Positions 1 through 10,405 are shown, counted from the stretch's first letter. The stretch: 64,000 bases of DNA from an uncultured Verrucomicrobiae bacterium (GCA_963834385.1 CAWIBO010000003.1:384001-448000); one strand, 5' to 3'. Translations and numbers: made by a program. Notes: a model not told the origin generated them from the sequence alone.

Positions 1-1512
1 TGCCCGCAGATAGAGACGCGACGTGTCCTGGTAGGGCCGGATGCGAAGCGGCTCGGTGAAATAGGTGTCGCGTAACCGGGCCTCCACCTCCTTGATCTTT
101 GCCTCCTGCACGAGCAGGAAATCGGCGTCGAGGGTGCCGGGCAGATTATCCTGCTCGTAATAGCCGACCCGGGTGAAATCGCCCAGGACCCAGGGGAGAG
201 GATAGGAGCTGGGCCGGATGAGATGGCCCACGAGATGATAATTGGCGGGATCTTCCCGGGCGAGAGCCAGGAGCGGGTCGGTCAGCCGATTAATCTCCGA
301 GTAGGTCTGCACGTAGACGTACGGTTCCTTGTCGTCTTCATAATGGAAGAAGTTGAGCCAGATGGAGTGGCCAAGCGACCAGGCGAGGAGAAGGCTGGCG
401 AAAAGGACGGCGAGACGGGGCAGCCGCGCAAAAAGGGCGAGGACGCCGGCCCCGAAAAGAAAAAGAAGGGGCCAGACCATGCTGATGATGCACCAGGGCG
501 TCTTGTAAGGAACGATGCTATAGGCGGCGAGCACGCCCACCCCGTAGATGGCGAGATAACGCAGGGCGACGTTGCGCAGTGTCTGGCAAAAGACGCAGAA
601 GAGGAGGCCGAGCCCGACCGGAATCTCGTAGCGCCCGATGAGCATCAGCCAGTACCACCAATCTTTCTCGTGGCCGTTGCCGGCCTTGCCGGTCTCGAAC
701 CAGGCGGAAAAGGTCAGGTAAAGGCCTTTCACCCCCTCCCAGTTGAAGAAGGTGCCGGAATAAAAGAAGACGACGAGAAAAATGGCGCTGAGAACGGCGA
801 GAGCGAGATCGAGGAAACTCCATTTCTGCTCGGCCCGGTCAAAGTCGGGCAGGGGCGTGATTTTCTGCGAGACCACCGCGACCGGGAAGGCGAGGAGGAC
901 GCAGCCGAGGTGAATGATGTAGGTCTCCTTGGTCAGGACCATGCCGGCCAGGCCGAGGAAGGTGGCCCAGAGATAGGAGCGGGCGCCGGTTTTCCAGAGG
1001 CCGAGAAGGCCCAGGAGGAAGAGCATGTTGAAGAGGAGAAGCCAGACCTCGTGGATGGAGTAGCGGCCGTAGAAAACGAACGCGGGCGAGACGGCCATGG
1101 CGAGCGCGGCCAGAAGGGCGGCGCCGCGCCCGACCACGACCTCGTAGCGCAGGGCGAGGAAAACACAGCCAAGACTGCCGAGCGCCACCGGGAGCCGGAT
1201 GGCCCAGAGGTTGCGCCCGAAGAGCGATTCGAAAAGGAAAAGAATATAGAAGTGGAGTGGGCCGTGATAGTTGGTCGGGTCGTAGCGATAAAATCCCGTC
1301 CGGGTCATCTGGTCGACGAACCAGCCGTTGATGCCCTCGTCGAAATGCGGGGCCTTGATCCCGAGAAAAAGAAAGCGCAGGGCGGCGGCGAGCGCGAGGA
1401 TCAGCCAGGGCGTCCACCGATTTTCCGCGAAGGCCTCCCACCAGTCGTGGAACCGGGGAGAAACCGCTGGCGCCCCCTTCCCACCCCTGCTAGTAGGGCC
1501 TGCGATGCGCAT
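1..1512 (-). CDS. Agl23/TIGR03663-like membrane glycosyltransferase (GT-C/PMT-like), runs off the left edge; start uncertain
   Basis: Manual translation: ...WLILALAAALRFFFLGIKAPHFDEGINGWFVDQMTRTGFYRYDPTNYHGPLHFY... (HxDE and YxYDPxxYHGP motifs); the reading at base 1 is in the same frame; not in the ORF track because the stop lies outside the window. Confidence 0.75.
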   Translation of the reverse strand, partial: MRIAGPTSRGGKGAPAVSPRFHDWWEAFAENRWTPWLILALAAALRFLFLGIKAPHFDEGINGWFVDQMTRTGFYRYDPTNYHGPLHFYILFLFESLFGRNLWAIRLPVALGSLGCVFLALRYEVVVGRGAALLAALAMAVSPAFVFYGRYSIHEVWLLLFNMLFLLGLLGLWKTGARSYLWATFLGLAGMVLTKETYIIHLGCVLLAFPVAVVSQKITPLPDFDRAEQKWSFLDLALAVLSAIFLVVFFYSGTFFNWEGVKGLYLTFSAWFETGKAGNGHEKDWWYWLMLIGRYEIPVGLGLLFCVFCQTLRNVALRYLAIYGVGVLAAYSIVPYKTPWCIISMVWPLLFLFGAGVLALFARLPRLAVLFASLLLAWSLGHSIWLNFFHYEDDKEPYVYVQTYSEINRLTDPLLALAREDPANYHLVGHLIRPSSYPLPWVLGDFTRVGYYEQDNLPGTLDADFLLVQEAKIKEVEARLRDTYFTEPLRIRPYQDTSRLYLRA

Positions 1513-2494
1513 TTTGGTCACCGGTGGCTGCGGATTCATCGGGAGCAATTTCATCCGTTATATCCTGCAACATTACAAGCAGACGTACGTCAGTAATGTG
1601 GATGTGCTGACCTACGCGGGGAACCCGGCCAACCTCGACGGGGTGGCGGAGGAATACGGCGATCGCTACGAATTCACCCGGGCCGATATTGCGGCCCCTG
1701 CGGCGATCGAGGCGCTCATGGCGAGCCATCCCTTTTTTGCCGTGGTCAATTTCGCGGCCGAATCGCACGTCGATCGCAGCATCGATTCGCCCCAGAACTT
1801 TGTGCATACCAACGTCGTCGGCACCAGCGTGATGCTCGACGCCGCCCGGCGCCACGGCGTGCGCCGGTTTGTCCAGGTCTCGACCGACGAGGTTTACGGC
1901 TCGCTTGGCGCCACCGGCCGTTTCACCGAACAATCGCCCCTCGAGCCCAGCTCGCCTTATTCCGCGAGCAAAGCCGGGGCCGACCTGATCGCGCTCGGTT
2001 TTCACAAGACCTTCGGGCAGGAGGTGGTGGTGACCCGTTGCTCGAACAATTACGGGCCGTATCAATTCCCCGAGAAATTGATTCCGCTCATGATCATCAA
2101 GGCGATGCGCGGCGAGCCGCTCCCGGTCTACGGCGACGGCCTGAACGTGCGCGACTGGATCCACGTGGAAGACCATTGTGCCGGGGTCATTGCCGCCCTT
2201 TTCGAGGGGAAACCGGGCGCCGTCTATAATTTCGGCGGGAACAGCGAGATGCCGAACCTGGAGGTGGTGAAGCTGATTCTCGATCGGCTGGGCAAATCCC
2301 ACGATCTTATCAGTTACGTGACTGACCGGCTCGGGCATGACCGGCGTTACGCCATCGATTCCTCCTTTGCCCTCCAGGAGCTGCGGTGGAAACCGCTGCA
2401 CACCTTTCGGGAAGGCCTGGAATCGACCGTCGACTGGTATCTGCGGAACGAGCCGTGGTGGCAGCCGCTCCTGGAACGGACCGGCCGCTACTAG
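1505..2494 (+). CDS. rfbB: dTDP-glucose 4,6-dehydratase
   Basis: MRILVTGGCGFIGSNF, NFAAESHVDRSI, STDEVYG, YSASK, GHDRRYAID motifs. Confidence 0.96.
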   Translation: MRILVTGGCGFIGSNFIRYILQHYKQTYVSNVDVLTYAGNPANLDGVAEEYGDRYEFTRADIAAPAAIEALMASHPFFAVVNFAAESHVDRSIDSPQNFVHTNVVGTSVMLDAARRHGVRRFVQVSTDEVYGSLGATGRFTEQSPLEPSSPYSASKAGADLIALGFHKTFGQEVVVTRCSNNYGPYQFPEKLIPLMIIKAMRGEPLPVYGDGLNVRDWIHVEDHCAGVIAALFEGKPGAVYNFGGNSEMPNLEVVKLILDRLGKSHDLISYVTDRLGHDRRYAIDSSFALQELRWKPLHTFREGLESTVDWYLRNEPWWQPLLERTGRY

Positions 2495-2631
2495 TTGGGC
2501 CTGTTCTGGTTCGGGTAGGGCACCGGGACGGGGCCGGATGGCTTCGTTTTGCCGCCGCCGGTCGGGCCTTTTCGTGGGACCATGTCCCGGACTTTGACGC
2601 TGTTTTTCCTCGCCTTTTTGGTGTTCTTCAT
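2491..2631 (-). CDS. Small basic protein (46 aa) with a GG motif and GPVPVPYPN
   Basis: MKNTKKARKNSVKVRDMVPRKGPTGGGKTKPSGPVPVPYPNQNRPN*; its stop overlaps the rfbB stop (CTAG); upstream TTGCCT-N18-TAGGAT promoter-like sequence. Confidence 0.55.
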   Translation of the reverse strand: MKNTKKARKNSVKVRDMVPRKGPTGGGKTKPSGPVPVPYPNQNRPN

Positions 2632-2771
2632 GCTGGTTTGGGTTTCCCCCATCCTATGAACCCGAGTGCGGTGAAGGCAAGAAGGAGCTAGTTTTCACGG
2701 CACACGCCCGAAAACCCCCTCATTTCCGATTACTGCGATGAGAAAGGGCCAGCACTTGATCTGCTGGTCCC

Positions 2772-3185
2772 GTGGAACGAGATAATCGACTAATTGTGAA
2801 CATTTTACTGGTGGAGGACCACGCGGATACGCGGATCGTATTCACAAACCTGCTGCGACGCTGGGGGCATTACGTTTTCCAGGCGGCCCGGGTGGATGAG
2901 GCGTTGACCCTGCTGGGCGACCTTCGCTTCGATCTTCTCATCAGTGATATCGGCCTGCCGGACGGGGAAGGGTTTGCCGTCGCGGAAGCCGCCAAGAAAC
3001 AGCCGTCGCTGCGGGCGGTCGCCGTGACCGCCTGGGGCACCGATGGAGACAAGGAACGCGGGCGCCAGGCCGGCTTTGATTATTACCTGACCAAGCCGAT
3101 CGACTTCGGGCGGTTCCGCCGGGTCCTGGCGGAATGTTCCATCCGCCCGGGCAACGGTTCGGCGCCGGTCACGGCGGAAACCTGA
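2772..3185 (+). CDS. Single-domain response regulator (CheY-like receiver)
   Basis: ILLVEDH, LLISDIGLPDGEG, AVTA, GFDYYLTKPID. Confidence 0.9.
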   Translation: MERDNRLIVNILLVEDHADTRIVFTNLLRRWGHYVFQAARVDEALTLLGDLRFDLLISDIGLPDGEGFAVAEAAKKQPSLRAVAVTAWGTDGDKERGRQAGFDYYLTKPIDFGRFRRVLAECSIRPGNGSAPVTAET

Positions 3186-3229
3186 TTTTCCCGCTTCGCC
3201 CCGGGGAGAGACCGGCTATTTTGGCCCGC

Positions 3230-4108
3230 GTGACGACAAGCGGGAACATTGTCATCGTGGGGAGCGGCGGCCGGCTGGGCGCGGCTCTGCATCGTGGCTT
3301 CGGGCAAAAAGCGATTGGTTTTTCCCGGGCCGACCTTGATCTGGCGCGGCCGGGAGAGATCAGCCGGCGACTGGACCCGCTGGAGTTCGGGGTGGTGATC
3401 AACTGCGCGGCGCAGACCAACGTGGACCGGTGCGAAACGGAAAAGGCGGAAGCCTTTCGGATCAACGCCGAGGCGCCGGGTGAGCTGGCAGCCTTGTGCA
3501 GGGAAAAGGGCGCGCGCCTGGTGCACATTAGTACCGATTACGTTTTCGACGGGGAGAAAACGACTCCTTACACCGAGGAGGACGAGGCACGGCCCCTCAG
3601 CGTTTATGGCGAATCGAAACGGGCCGGCGAGGAAGCCGTTCTGGCTCAGGATCCGCGGCACGTGGTCGCGCGGGTCTCCTGGGTCTTCGGGCCCGACCGT
3701 CCGAGCTTTGTCGATGCCATGATCGAGCGGGCGCTGGCCTCGGAGAAGGTGGAAGCGATCGCGGACAAGTTTTCCACGCCTTCCTACACGATCGACCTGG
3801 CCGGGATGCTGGCGGCGGTGCTCGACCATCCGGAAGCGGCGGGGTTGCTGCACCTGGCCAACGATGGGGCCTGCAGCTGGCAGGAATATGCCCAATGGGC
3901 GCTCGACTGCTGCGTCCGCGAGGGGTTCCCCCTGAAAACACGGACGGTGGAGCCGCTCCGGCTGGCGGACCTGCGTGCCTTCAAGGCCCGCCGCCCTGTT
4001 TACACCGTGCTCGCCACAAAAAAATTCCAGGGACTTACCGGAATGCAACCGCGCCCTTGGCGGGAGGCCGTGGCGGAGTATGTTGCCCGACTACCCCGGA
4101 AATCATGA
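3230..4108 (+). CDS. rfbD: dTDP-4-dehydrorhamnose reductase
   Basis: GSGGRLG, INCAAQTNVDRCE, HISTDYVFDG, YGESKRAGE. Confidence 0.94.
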   Translation: MTTSGNIVIVGSGGRLGAALHRGFGQKAIGFSRADLDLARPGEISRRLDPLEFGVVINCAAQTNVDRCETEKAEAFRINAEAPGELAALCREKGARLVHISTDYVFDGEKTTPYTEEDEARPLSVYGESKRAGEEAVLAQDPRHVVARVSWVFGPDRPSFVDAMIERALASEKVEAIADKFSTPSYTIDLAGMLAAVLDHPEAAGLLHLANDGACSWQEYAQWALDCCVREGFPLKTRTVEPLRLADLRAFKARRPVYTVLATKKFQGLTGMQPRPWREAVAEYVARLPRKS

Positions 4109-4770
4109 AAAAAATGAAATGGATGCTGCTGATCGTGACCGGGCTGGCGCTGACCGCGCCGGCGCGGGCGGAATTGAAATGGGACCAAAAGGAGATCGAA
4201 CTTCGACCCGGACTTAACGACGAGACGGCGGTGGCCCATTTCAAATACGAGAACACCGGGCCGAACCCGGTGACGGTGAAGGCGATCAAGGCTTCCTGCG
4301 GCTGCACCGTGCCGTCGTTGAAATCCGACAAGATCGCGGCGGGCGACAAGGGAGAGCTGACCGCCACCTTCAAGATCGGCAACCGCACCGGAATCCAGCA
4401 GAAATCGGTGGTGGTGCACACGGACGACCCGGCCAACCCGACCCATGTGCTGATGCTCAAGGCGTTCATCCCTTCCCTGCTCGAGATCCAGCCCGTCTTT
4501 GTGAACTGGAGCCCGAATGAACCGCTCGAACCGAAGGTGATCACGGTAAAGGCTGGGAAAGATGCGCCGGTCAAGGATCTGACCGTGGTTTCCTCGAGTG
4601 CCGATTTCGACACGGCGGTCAAGGCCGACCGCAAGGCGCGCGAGTGGAAGATCAGCGTAACACCGAAAGACAACTCGCAGACGCGCGTGGCCACCCTCAC
4701 GATCAAGCCGGACCAACCCGCTTCCGGGAAGGTTTTCTACGCCAGCGCGCGGGTCACCAAGGCCCAGTAG
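4105..4770 (+). CDS. Secreted DUF1573 domain protein
   Basis: Signal peptide; FKYENTG...ASCGCTVP; ATGA overlap with rfbD. Confidence 0.8.
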   Translation: MKKMKWMLLIVTGLALTAPARAELKWDQKEIELRPGLNDETAVAHFKYENTGPNPVTVKAIKASCGCTVPSLKSDKIAAGDKGELTATFKIGNRTGIQQKSVVVHTDDPANPTHVLMLKAFIPSLLEIQPVFVNWSPNEPLEPKVITVKAGKDAPVKDLTVVSSSADFDTAVKADRKAREWKISVTPKDNSQTRVATLTIKPDQPASGKVFYASARVTKAQ

Positions 4771-4794
4771 ACCCTGGTTTCGCGCAGCGCCGAC

Positions 4795-5709
4795 GTGATG
4801 GTGCACGTGCTCGATTCGCGGCAGCTCGGCCGGCCCGGGATCATTGCCGCGACCGCGCTCGAGACGAACGCCGGCGTGGCCCTGTTTGATACCGGTCCGG
4901 AGTCGACCTTCGAGAACATTGCGGGGGAACTGCGCGAGTTGAACATGAAGCCGGAGGATGTCCGGCATGTTTTCCTGAGCCACATTCACCTGGATCATGC
5001 CGGGGCGGCGTGGCGGTTTGCCCGGCTCGGTGCGACCGTTTATGTCCACCCGCGCGGCGCGCCGCATCTGCTCGATCCGCGTCGCCTGGTTGAGTCAGCC
5101 ACGCGCATCTTCGGCGACCAGATGGAAAAGCTCTGGGGTCGGGTGGAGGCGGTGCCGGCGGAATCACTCCGCGTTTTGGAGGACGGAGCTGTGGTTGATC
5201 TCGGGAGCTGCCGGGTGCGGGCGCTGGCCACGCCCGGCCATGCCAGCCATCACCATGTCTATCACTGGGACGATTCTCTTTTTGGCGGCGATGTCGCCGG
5301 TGTCCGGCTGGGGAGCGGACCGCCCATCCCGCCCTTTGTGCCGCCGGAACTCGAGGTGGAGCAATGGCTGGAGTCAATCGACCGGATGCGGGGTCTCGAC
5401 GTTGCCCGGATGTTTCTCCCGCACTTCGGTGCGGTCCCGGGACCGGTGGCGCCGCACTTTGACGCCTTAGAGGAACGGGTGCGGCGTTGGTCGGCCTGGT
5501 TCGGCGAAAAGTTTCGCGCCGGGCGGAAGGCGGAGGAGTTGTTCGGGGAGTTCGCGGCCTTCGAGGCGGACGAACTGGTGCGCGGGGGAGCGACGCCGGA
5601 AGGGGTGGATGATTACGAGGCGGCGGACCCGAGCGCGATGGCGGTGACGGCGGGTCTGCGTTACTGGCGGAAACGGCTGGAGGTCGCGCCGGGGTCCGCG
5701 GTGCGGTAG
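4795..5709 (+). CDS. MBL-fold metallo-hydrolase
   Basis: SHIHLDHAG, TPGHASHH, FGGD, PHFG. Confidence 0.9.
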   Translation: MMVHVLDSRQLGRPGIIAATALETNAGVALFDTGPESTFENIAGELRELNMKPEDVRHVFLSHIHLDHAGAAWRFARLGATVYVHPRGAPHLLDPRRLVESATRIFGDQMEKLWGRVEAVPAESLRVLEDGAVVDLGSCRVRALATPGHASHHHVYHWDDSLFGGDVAGVRLGSGPPIPPFVPPELEVEQWLESIDRMRGLDVARMFLPHFGAVPGPVAPHFDALEERVRRWSAWFGEKFRAGRKAEELFGEFAAFEADELVRGGATPEGVDDYEAADPSAMAVTAGLRYWRKRLEVAPGSAVR

Positions 5710-5718
5710 AGTGCGCCA

Positions 5719-6144
5719 ATGGGCTCCACGATCCGACAGATGTTTCTGCTCCTGCTGCTGGCGCTGCTGCCGGCGGCCGGACAGGCGCTTTTTCTGCGCG
5801 AGACCGTCCCCTGGACCGCGGCGGCGCGGGCCACGGACGAGCTGGAGATCCAGGCGGCCCTGGCCCTGGGCGACAAGGTGCTTTGGGTGGATGCGCGCAC
5901 GGACCGTGAGTTTGAAGAGGAACATATCCCGGGCGCGGTGCAGCTGAACGAGGACCGCTGGAACGAGTTGCTCCCGCAGATTTTCATGAACTGGTCGGCC
6001 GACAAGACCGTGATCGTCTATTGCGACAGCGAGCAGTGCAACGCCAGCCGGGATGTGGTCCGGCGCCTGCGCAAGGAGGCCGAGCTGGAGAATGTCTTTG
6101 TGCTCAAGGATGGCTGGAAAGCCTGGCGGGAGGCGCAGCCATGA
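5719..6144 (+). CDS. Rhodanese-like domain protein with N-terminal signal/anchor
   Basis: WVDAR...FEEEHIPGA...IVYCDSEQC...LKDGW. Confidence 0.85.
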   Translation: MGSTIRQMFLLLLLALLPAAGQALFLRETVPWTAAARATDELEIQAALALGDKVLWVDARTDREFEEEHIPGAVQLNEDRWNELLPQIFMNWSADKTVIVYCDSEQCNASRDVVRRLRKEAELENVFVLKDGWKAWREAQP

Positions 6145-6563
6145 TTTGGCGCGCGCTCGACCTGGTCGCCGGGGGACTGTTCATCTGGGCCGGGGTGCTC
6201 AAGGCCCTTGATCCGGGCGGTTTTGCCGAAGACATCTTCAATTACCGCATGCTTCCCTGGACGGTCGGCCTGCTCTTTGCCTTTCTGCTTCCGTGGCTGG
6301 AGATTTTTTGCGGGCTGGCCCTGGTCCTGCGCCGTCTTTATGCCGGGGCGCTGGCGACGCTCCTGCTCCTCGTGATCTTTTTCACCGGGGCCACCGTGGC
6401 GGCGCGTGCGCGGGGACTCGACATTTCCTGCGGCTGCTTCGGGAAGGCGAGCATGGGCTGGAACTTTTGGGTGCACGTGAGCGTGCTCGCGGGCTTGTTC
6501 GGCCTTCTGCTTCTCCTGGCCTGGCGCCACCAGCGCGCCCCGGGGAGGCCGGGATCAGCGTAA
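6141..6563 (+). CDS. MauE/DoxX family redox-associated membrane protein
   Basis: AGVLKALDP, LPWLE, GLDISCGCFG. Confidence 0.85.
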   Translation: MIWRALDLVAGGLFIWAGVLKALDPGGFAEDIFNYRMLPWTVGLLFAFLLPWLEIFCGLALVLRRLYAGALATLLLLVIFFTGATVAARARGLDISCGCFGKASMGWNFWVHVSVLAGLFGLLLLLAWRHQRAPGRPGSA

Positions 6564-6583
6564 ACGCCGGGCGAACCGCACGG

Positions 6584-8179
6584 CTATTCCCACTCGATCG
6601 TGGAGGGGGGCTTGCTCGAGATATCGTAAACCACCCGGTTGACGCCTTTGACCTCGTTGATGATCCGGCTCGAGATGCGGGCGAGGACGTCATAGGGCAG
6701 CCGGACCCAGTCGGCTGTCATGCCGTCGCGGCTTTCCACCACGCGGAGGGCAATCGTGTTCTCGTAGGTGCGCTGGTCGCCCATGACCCCGACTGATCGA
6801 ACCGGCAAAAGGACGGCAAAGGATTGCCAGACGCGATAGTACCAGTCCGACGATTCCATCTCGCTTTCGACGATGGTATCGGCGTCGCGCAGGATGCGAA
6901 GATGCTCGGGCGTGACCTCGCCGAGAATGCGCACGGCCAGGCCGGGGCCGGGGAAAGGCTGGCGATGGACCACCTCCTTGGGCAGGCCGAGCTGGAGGCC
7001 GGCCTGGCGAACCTCGTCCTTGAAGAGTTGGCGGACCGGTTCCACCAGCTCGAAATGCATTTTCTCGGGAAGACCGCCGACGTTGTGATGGCTCTTGATG
7101 AGCGAGGCGGGATTGCCGGCGATGGCCACGCTCTCGATCACGTCCGGGTAAAGGGTGCCCTGGGCCAGGAAACGGTAGCCGCCATGTTCCTTGGCGCCGG
7201 CGGCCTTGTCCTCTTCGAGAAGCTCAACCGTCGCCTCCTCGAAGACCTTCACGAATTCGTTCCCGATGATTTTGCGCTTGGTTTCGGGATCTGTCACCCC
7301 ACGCAGGAGGGCCAGGAACCGTTCCGAGGCATCCACATACTTGAGGCGGACATGGAAATTTTCGCCGAAGACGCGCTGGACCACTTCTTCCTCGCGCGCG
7401 CGCAGAAGCCCGTTGTTGACGAAGATGCAGGTGAGCTGGTCGCCGATCGCCTTGTGCAACAGGGCGGCGGTGACGGAGGAATCGACGCCGCCGCTCAGGC
7501 CGAGCACGACTTTTTCGCGGCCGACCCGGGCGCGCACCTGCGCGCAGGCCTCTTCGATGAACGAGCCCATGGTCCAGTCCATGCCGCAGTGGCAGATGTG
7601 GTAGATGAAATTCTGGAGGATCTCCTTGCCGCGCGGGGTGTGGTGCACCTCCGGGTGGAACTGGAGGCCGTAGAGCATGCGCGCGGGATCCTCAATCGCG
7701 GCGTAGGGCGAATTTTCCGTATGGGCGGCCGTCTCGAACCCCTGTGGGAGCCGGGTGACCTTGTCGCCATGGCTGTTCCAGATGTCGACCAGTTCGCCGA
7801 CGCCTTCGAAGAGGCGGGAAGCCTTGGCTACGTGCAGGAGACCGGCGCCATACTCCCGGTGGGTGCTGTGTTCGACTTCACCCCCGAGGTGGTGCGCCAT
7901 CAGTTGCATGCCGTAGCAAATGCCCAGGATGGGAAAACCGAGCCCGAAAATGGCCGGGTCGATCTGCGGGGCGTTCCGATCGTAAACGCTGGAGGGTCCG
8001 CCGGAGAGAATGATGCCGTTGGGCTGCGAAGCGCGGACTTCCTCCGCAGTGATGTCAAAACGGACGATCTCGGAGTAAACCTGGCACTCGCGAATGCGCC
8101 GGGCGATGACCTGGGTGTACTGCGACCCGAAGTCGAGAATCAGGATCTTCGAATGACGTTTCGACCCCGCCTCGTTCAC
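6584..8179 (-). CDS. guaA: GMP synthase (glutamine-hydrolysing)
   Basis: [40 protein letters not shown]. Confidence 0.98.
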   Translation of the reverse strand: MNEAGSKRHSKILILDFGSQYTQVIARRIRECQVYSEIVRFDITAEEVRASQPNGIILSGGPSSVYDRNAPQIDPAIFGLGFPILGICYGMQLMAHHLGGEVEHSTHREYGAGLLHVAKASRLFEGVGELVDIWNSHGDKVTRLPQGFETAAHTENSPYAAIEDPARMLYGLQFHPEVHHTPRGKEILQNFIYHICHCGMDWTMGSFIEEACAQVRARVGREKVVLGLSGGVDSSVTAALLHKAIGDQLTCIFVNNGLLRAREEEVVQRVFGENFHVRLKYVDASERFLALLRGVTDPETKRKIIGNEFVKVFEEATVELLEEDKAAGAKEHGGYRFLAQGTLYPDVIESVAIAGNPASLIKSHHNVGGLPEKMHFELVEPVRQLFKDEVRQAGLQLGLPKEVVHRQPFPGPGLAVRILGEVTPEHLRILRDADTIVESEMESSDWYYRVWQSFAVLLPVRSVGVMGDQRTYENTIALRVVESRDGMTADWVRLPYDVLARISSRIINEVKGVNRVVYDISSKPPSTIEWE

Positions 8180-8376
8180 GGGGTGGGCAGGGGACGCGCC
8201 GAATCGCGGTCATCCACGAAGGGATCGTCGCTGCGGTCGATCGGGCCGAGGCGGCCTTCGCCGGTGAAGCCCCGCTGCAGTTGGTCGCCGACCTCCTCGG
8301 GGGTCGGCCCCTCATTGGCGCAACTGCCCAGGATCAGCCCGGCCGCGAGCAGGGCGGCAGGCAGGACGAGTTTCAT
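8176..8376 (-). CDS. Small lipoprotein
   Basis: Lipobox-like LGSC after a hydrophobic stretch; overlaps the guaA start. Confidence 0.65.
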   Translation of the reverse strand: MKLVLPAALLAAGLILGSCANEGPTPEEVGDQLQRGFTGEGRLGPIDRSDDPFVDDRDSARPLPTP

Positions 8377-8467
8377 CGCGCTAGATTAGGAGGCGGCCCC
8401 TGCTTTGCAAGAAAATGCCGCATCCCTTTGCCCACTCTCCCCGGTTTCGCGTAGATTCCCTCTGCCG

Positions 8468-9058
8468 ATGCATGCTCCCAACCGCCGGCTGATCGATCCC
8501 GACCTTCTGCTCGAGGGTTATCGGCTCGGTATTTTTCCGATGGCCATGGAGGATGGCTCGTTGCAGTGGTTTTCGCCGGAACCGCGGGGCGTCCTGCCGC
8601 TGCGCTCGTTTCACCTGCCGGCCAGCCTCGAGCGGACCTGGCGCCGGGGCCTTTTCGAGATCCGGGTAAACACGAGCTTCGGCGAGGTGATCCGTGCCTG
8701 TGCCACCCGCGAGGAAACCTGGATCGACCAGCAGATCATCGAGAGCTACGAGAAGCTCCACGAGCTGGGCTTTGCCCACTCGGTCGAGGCCTGGCGGGAG
8801 GGAGCGCTGGCCGGCGGTCTTTACGGTGTCTCGCTCGGCGGCGCTTTTTTTGGCGAATCAATGTTCCACCGGGTGCGCGACGCCTCCAAGATCGCGCTCG
8901 TCGGGCTGGTCGAACGGCTGCGGGCCCGGCGTTTCACCCTGCTCGACACGCAATGGCTCACGCCGCACCTGCGGCAGTTCGGCGGCGTCGAGGTTTCCCG
9001 GGCGCAATACCTTCATCTGCTCGGGCGGGCCGCCGCTCTTCCGCGCAGCTTTGCCTGA
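8468..9058 (+). CDS. aat: Leucyl/phenylalanyl-tRNA--protein transferase
   Basis: YRLGIFPM, WFSPEPRG, HSVEAW, GGLYGV, FFGESMF, DTQWLTPHL. Confidence 0.94.
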   Translation: MHAPNRRLIDPDLLLEGYRLGIFPMAMEDGSLQWFSPEPRGVLPLRSFHLPASLERTWRRGLFEIRVNTSFGEVIRACATREETWIDQQIIESYEKLHELGFAHSVEAWREGALAGGLYGVSLGGAFFGESMFHRVRDASKIALVGLVERLRARRFTLLDTQWLTPHLRQFGGVEVSRAQYLHLLGRAAALPRSFA

Positions 9059-9067
9059 AGCGGACGG

Positions 9068-10405
9068 TTATTTGACGCGGCGGCCGTGTTTCACGATCAC
9101 GTCGACCCGTTGCAGCAGGTCGATGTGGCGCAGGACGTCGCCTTTCACGGCAATGATGTCGGCATATTTTCCGACGGAGACCGAGCCATAGTCCTTGTCC
9201 ACCTTCATCTGCACGGCGGGCCAGTAGGTGGCGGCGCGGAGGGCCGTCATCGGATCAACCCCGAGGTGGTTCACCCAGGCGTCGAGTTCCTTCCAGGTGG
9301 AGTTGCTGTGGAACTTCATGGGAATGCCGCTGTCGGTCCCGATCAGGAGCACGGCGCCGGCCTCCTGTAACTGCCGGAACTTGTTGCGCACGGTCTTCGC
9401 CCGCAGCGGGGTGATCTGGTAGTAGCTCAACTGCCCGGGGTGCGTGATCGAGCGTTTGATGTCGGCCACGATATCGTCCGGCACGCCCGCATACGCGTCG
9501 GGATCGTCCAGTTGCTCGGGATTTTCCACCAGGTTTTCATAATTGATGAAGCCTTCAATGGTGGGGCACCAGAAAAGCGGCCCCAAACTCATCTGGGCCG
9601 TCCGCGCCGCCAGCGCCTTGAGCACTTCGTCGGGATAACCAGGCGCGGTGGAAAGGCCGGTGTGCTCGAAACAATCGGCCCCGGCAGCCAGTCCTCGGAC
9701 GATTTCCTCCGGGCGATGCCCATGGGCCACCACCGGCAGCTTGTGCAGGTGCGCCTCGTCCACCACCGCCTTCACTTCCTCCATCGTCATCAGGTCCTGG
9801 TCGATCAGCTTGATGATGTCGACCCCGGCCTGGGCGAGTTTCTTCACCTTGGCCCGGCCATCGGCCGCGCCTTTTACGCCCCAGCGAAACGCTTCCGTGT
9901 TGGGATAAGGCTCGTGCTGGAGGAAAGGACCGGAGACGTAAAGCGTGGGACCGGGGATCTCCCCTTTCTTGATCCGGTCCCGCACCTGGATGCTTTCCTC
10001 CAGCGGCGCCCCGAGGTCACGGGCGCTGGTGACGCCGGCGAGGAGAAGCTGTTTCGCGGCCGCGGGCATGATCTCGGCCCCGAGTCGTTTGAGATATGTC
10101 CGGTCCCAGTGATCATAGTCCGAATGGCCGAGCAACATGGTGTGCACGTGGCAGTCCCAGAGGCCGGGGAGCACGGTCATGCCTTCGGTGGAGATGACTT
10201 CGGCGCCCGGCGGCACCGGGAGGGTGGTCACCGTGCCGATGGCGGAAATTCGGTCGTTCTCGACCAGGACGACGCTGTTGGCCAGGGGCGGGCCGCCAAA
10301 CCCGTCGACGAGGCGTCCACCGACCAGCGCGAGCGTTTTCGCCTCGAGAGCGGATGAAACAAAAGCGGCGAGAAGGAAGAGAAGAGAGAGCGTGCGCGGC
10401 AGCAT
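9068..10405 (-). CDS. Secreted amidohydrolase family protein
   Basis: Signal peptide; LPGLWDCHVH, IGTDSG, GKYADIIAV. Confidence 0.9.
   Translation of the reverse strand: MLPRTLSLLFLLAAFVSSALEAKTLALVGGRLVDGFGGPPLANSVVLVENDRISAIGTVTTLPVPPGAEVISTEGMTVLPGLWDCHVHTMLLGHSDYDHWDRTYLKRLGAEIMPAAAKQLLLAGVTSARDLGAPLEESIQVRDRIKKGEIPGPTLYVSGPFLQHEPYPNTEAFRWGVKGAADGRAKVKKLAQAGVDIIKLIDQDLMTMEEVKAVVDEAHLHKLPVVAHGHRPEEIVRGLAAGADCFEHTGLSTAPGYPDEVLKALAARTAQMSLGPLFWCPTIEGFINYENLVENPEQLDDPDAYAGVPDDIVADIKRSITHPGQLSYYQITPLRAKTVRNKFRQLQEAGAVLLIGTDSGIPMKFHSNSTWKELDAWVNHLGVDPMTALRAATYWPAVQMKVDKDYGSVSVGKYADIIAVKGDVLRHIDLLQRVDVIVKHGRRVK

Noticed and set aside
223..1596. 457-aa plus-strand ORF and similar long antisense ORFs (e.g. 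6824-8389, 13114-14667, 54043-56037)
   Set aside because: Shadow ORFs opposite recognisable genes in high-GC DNA
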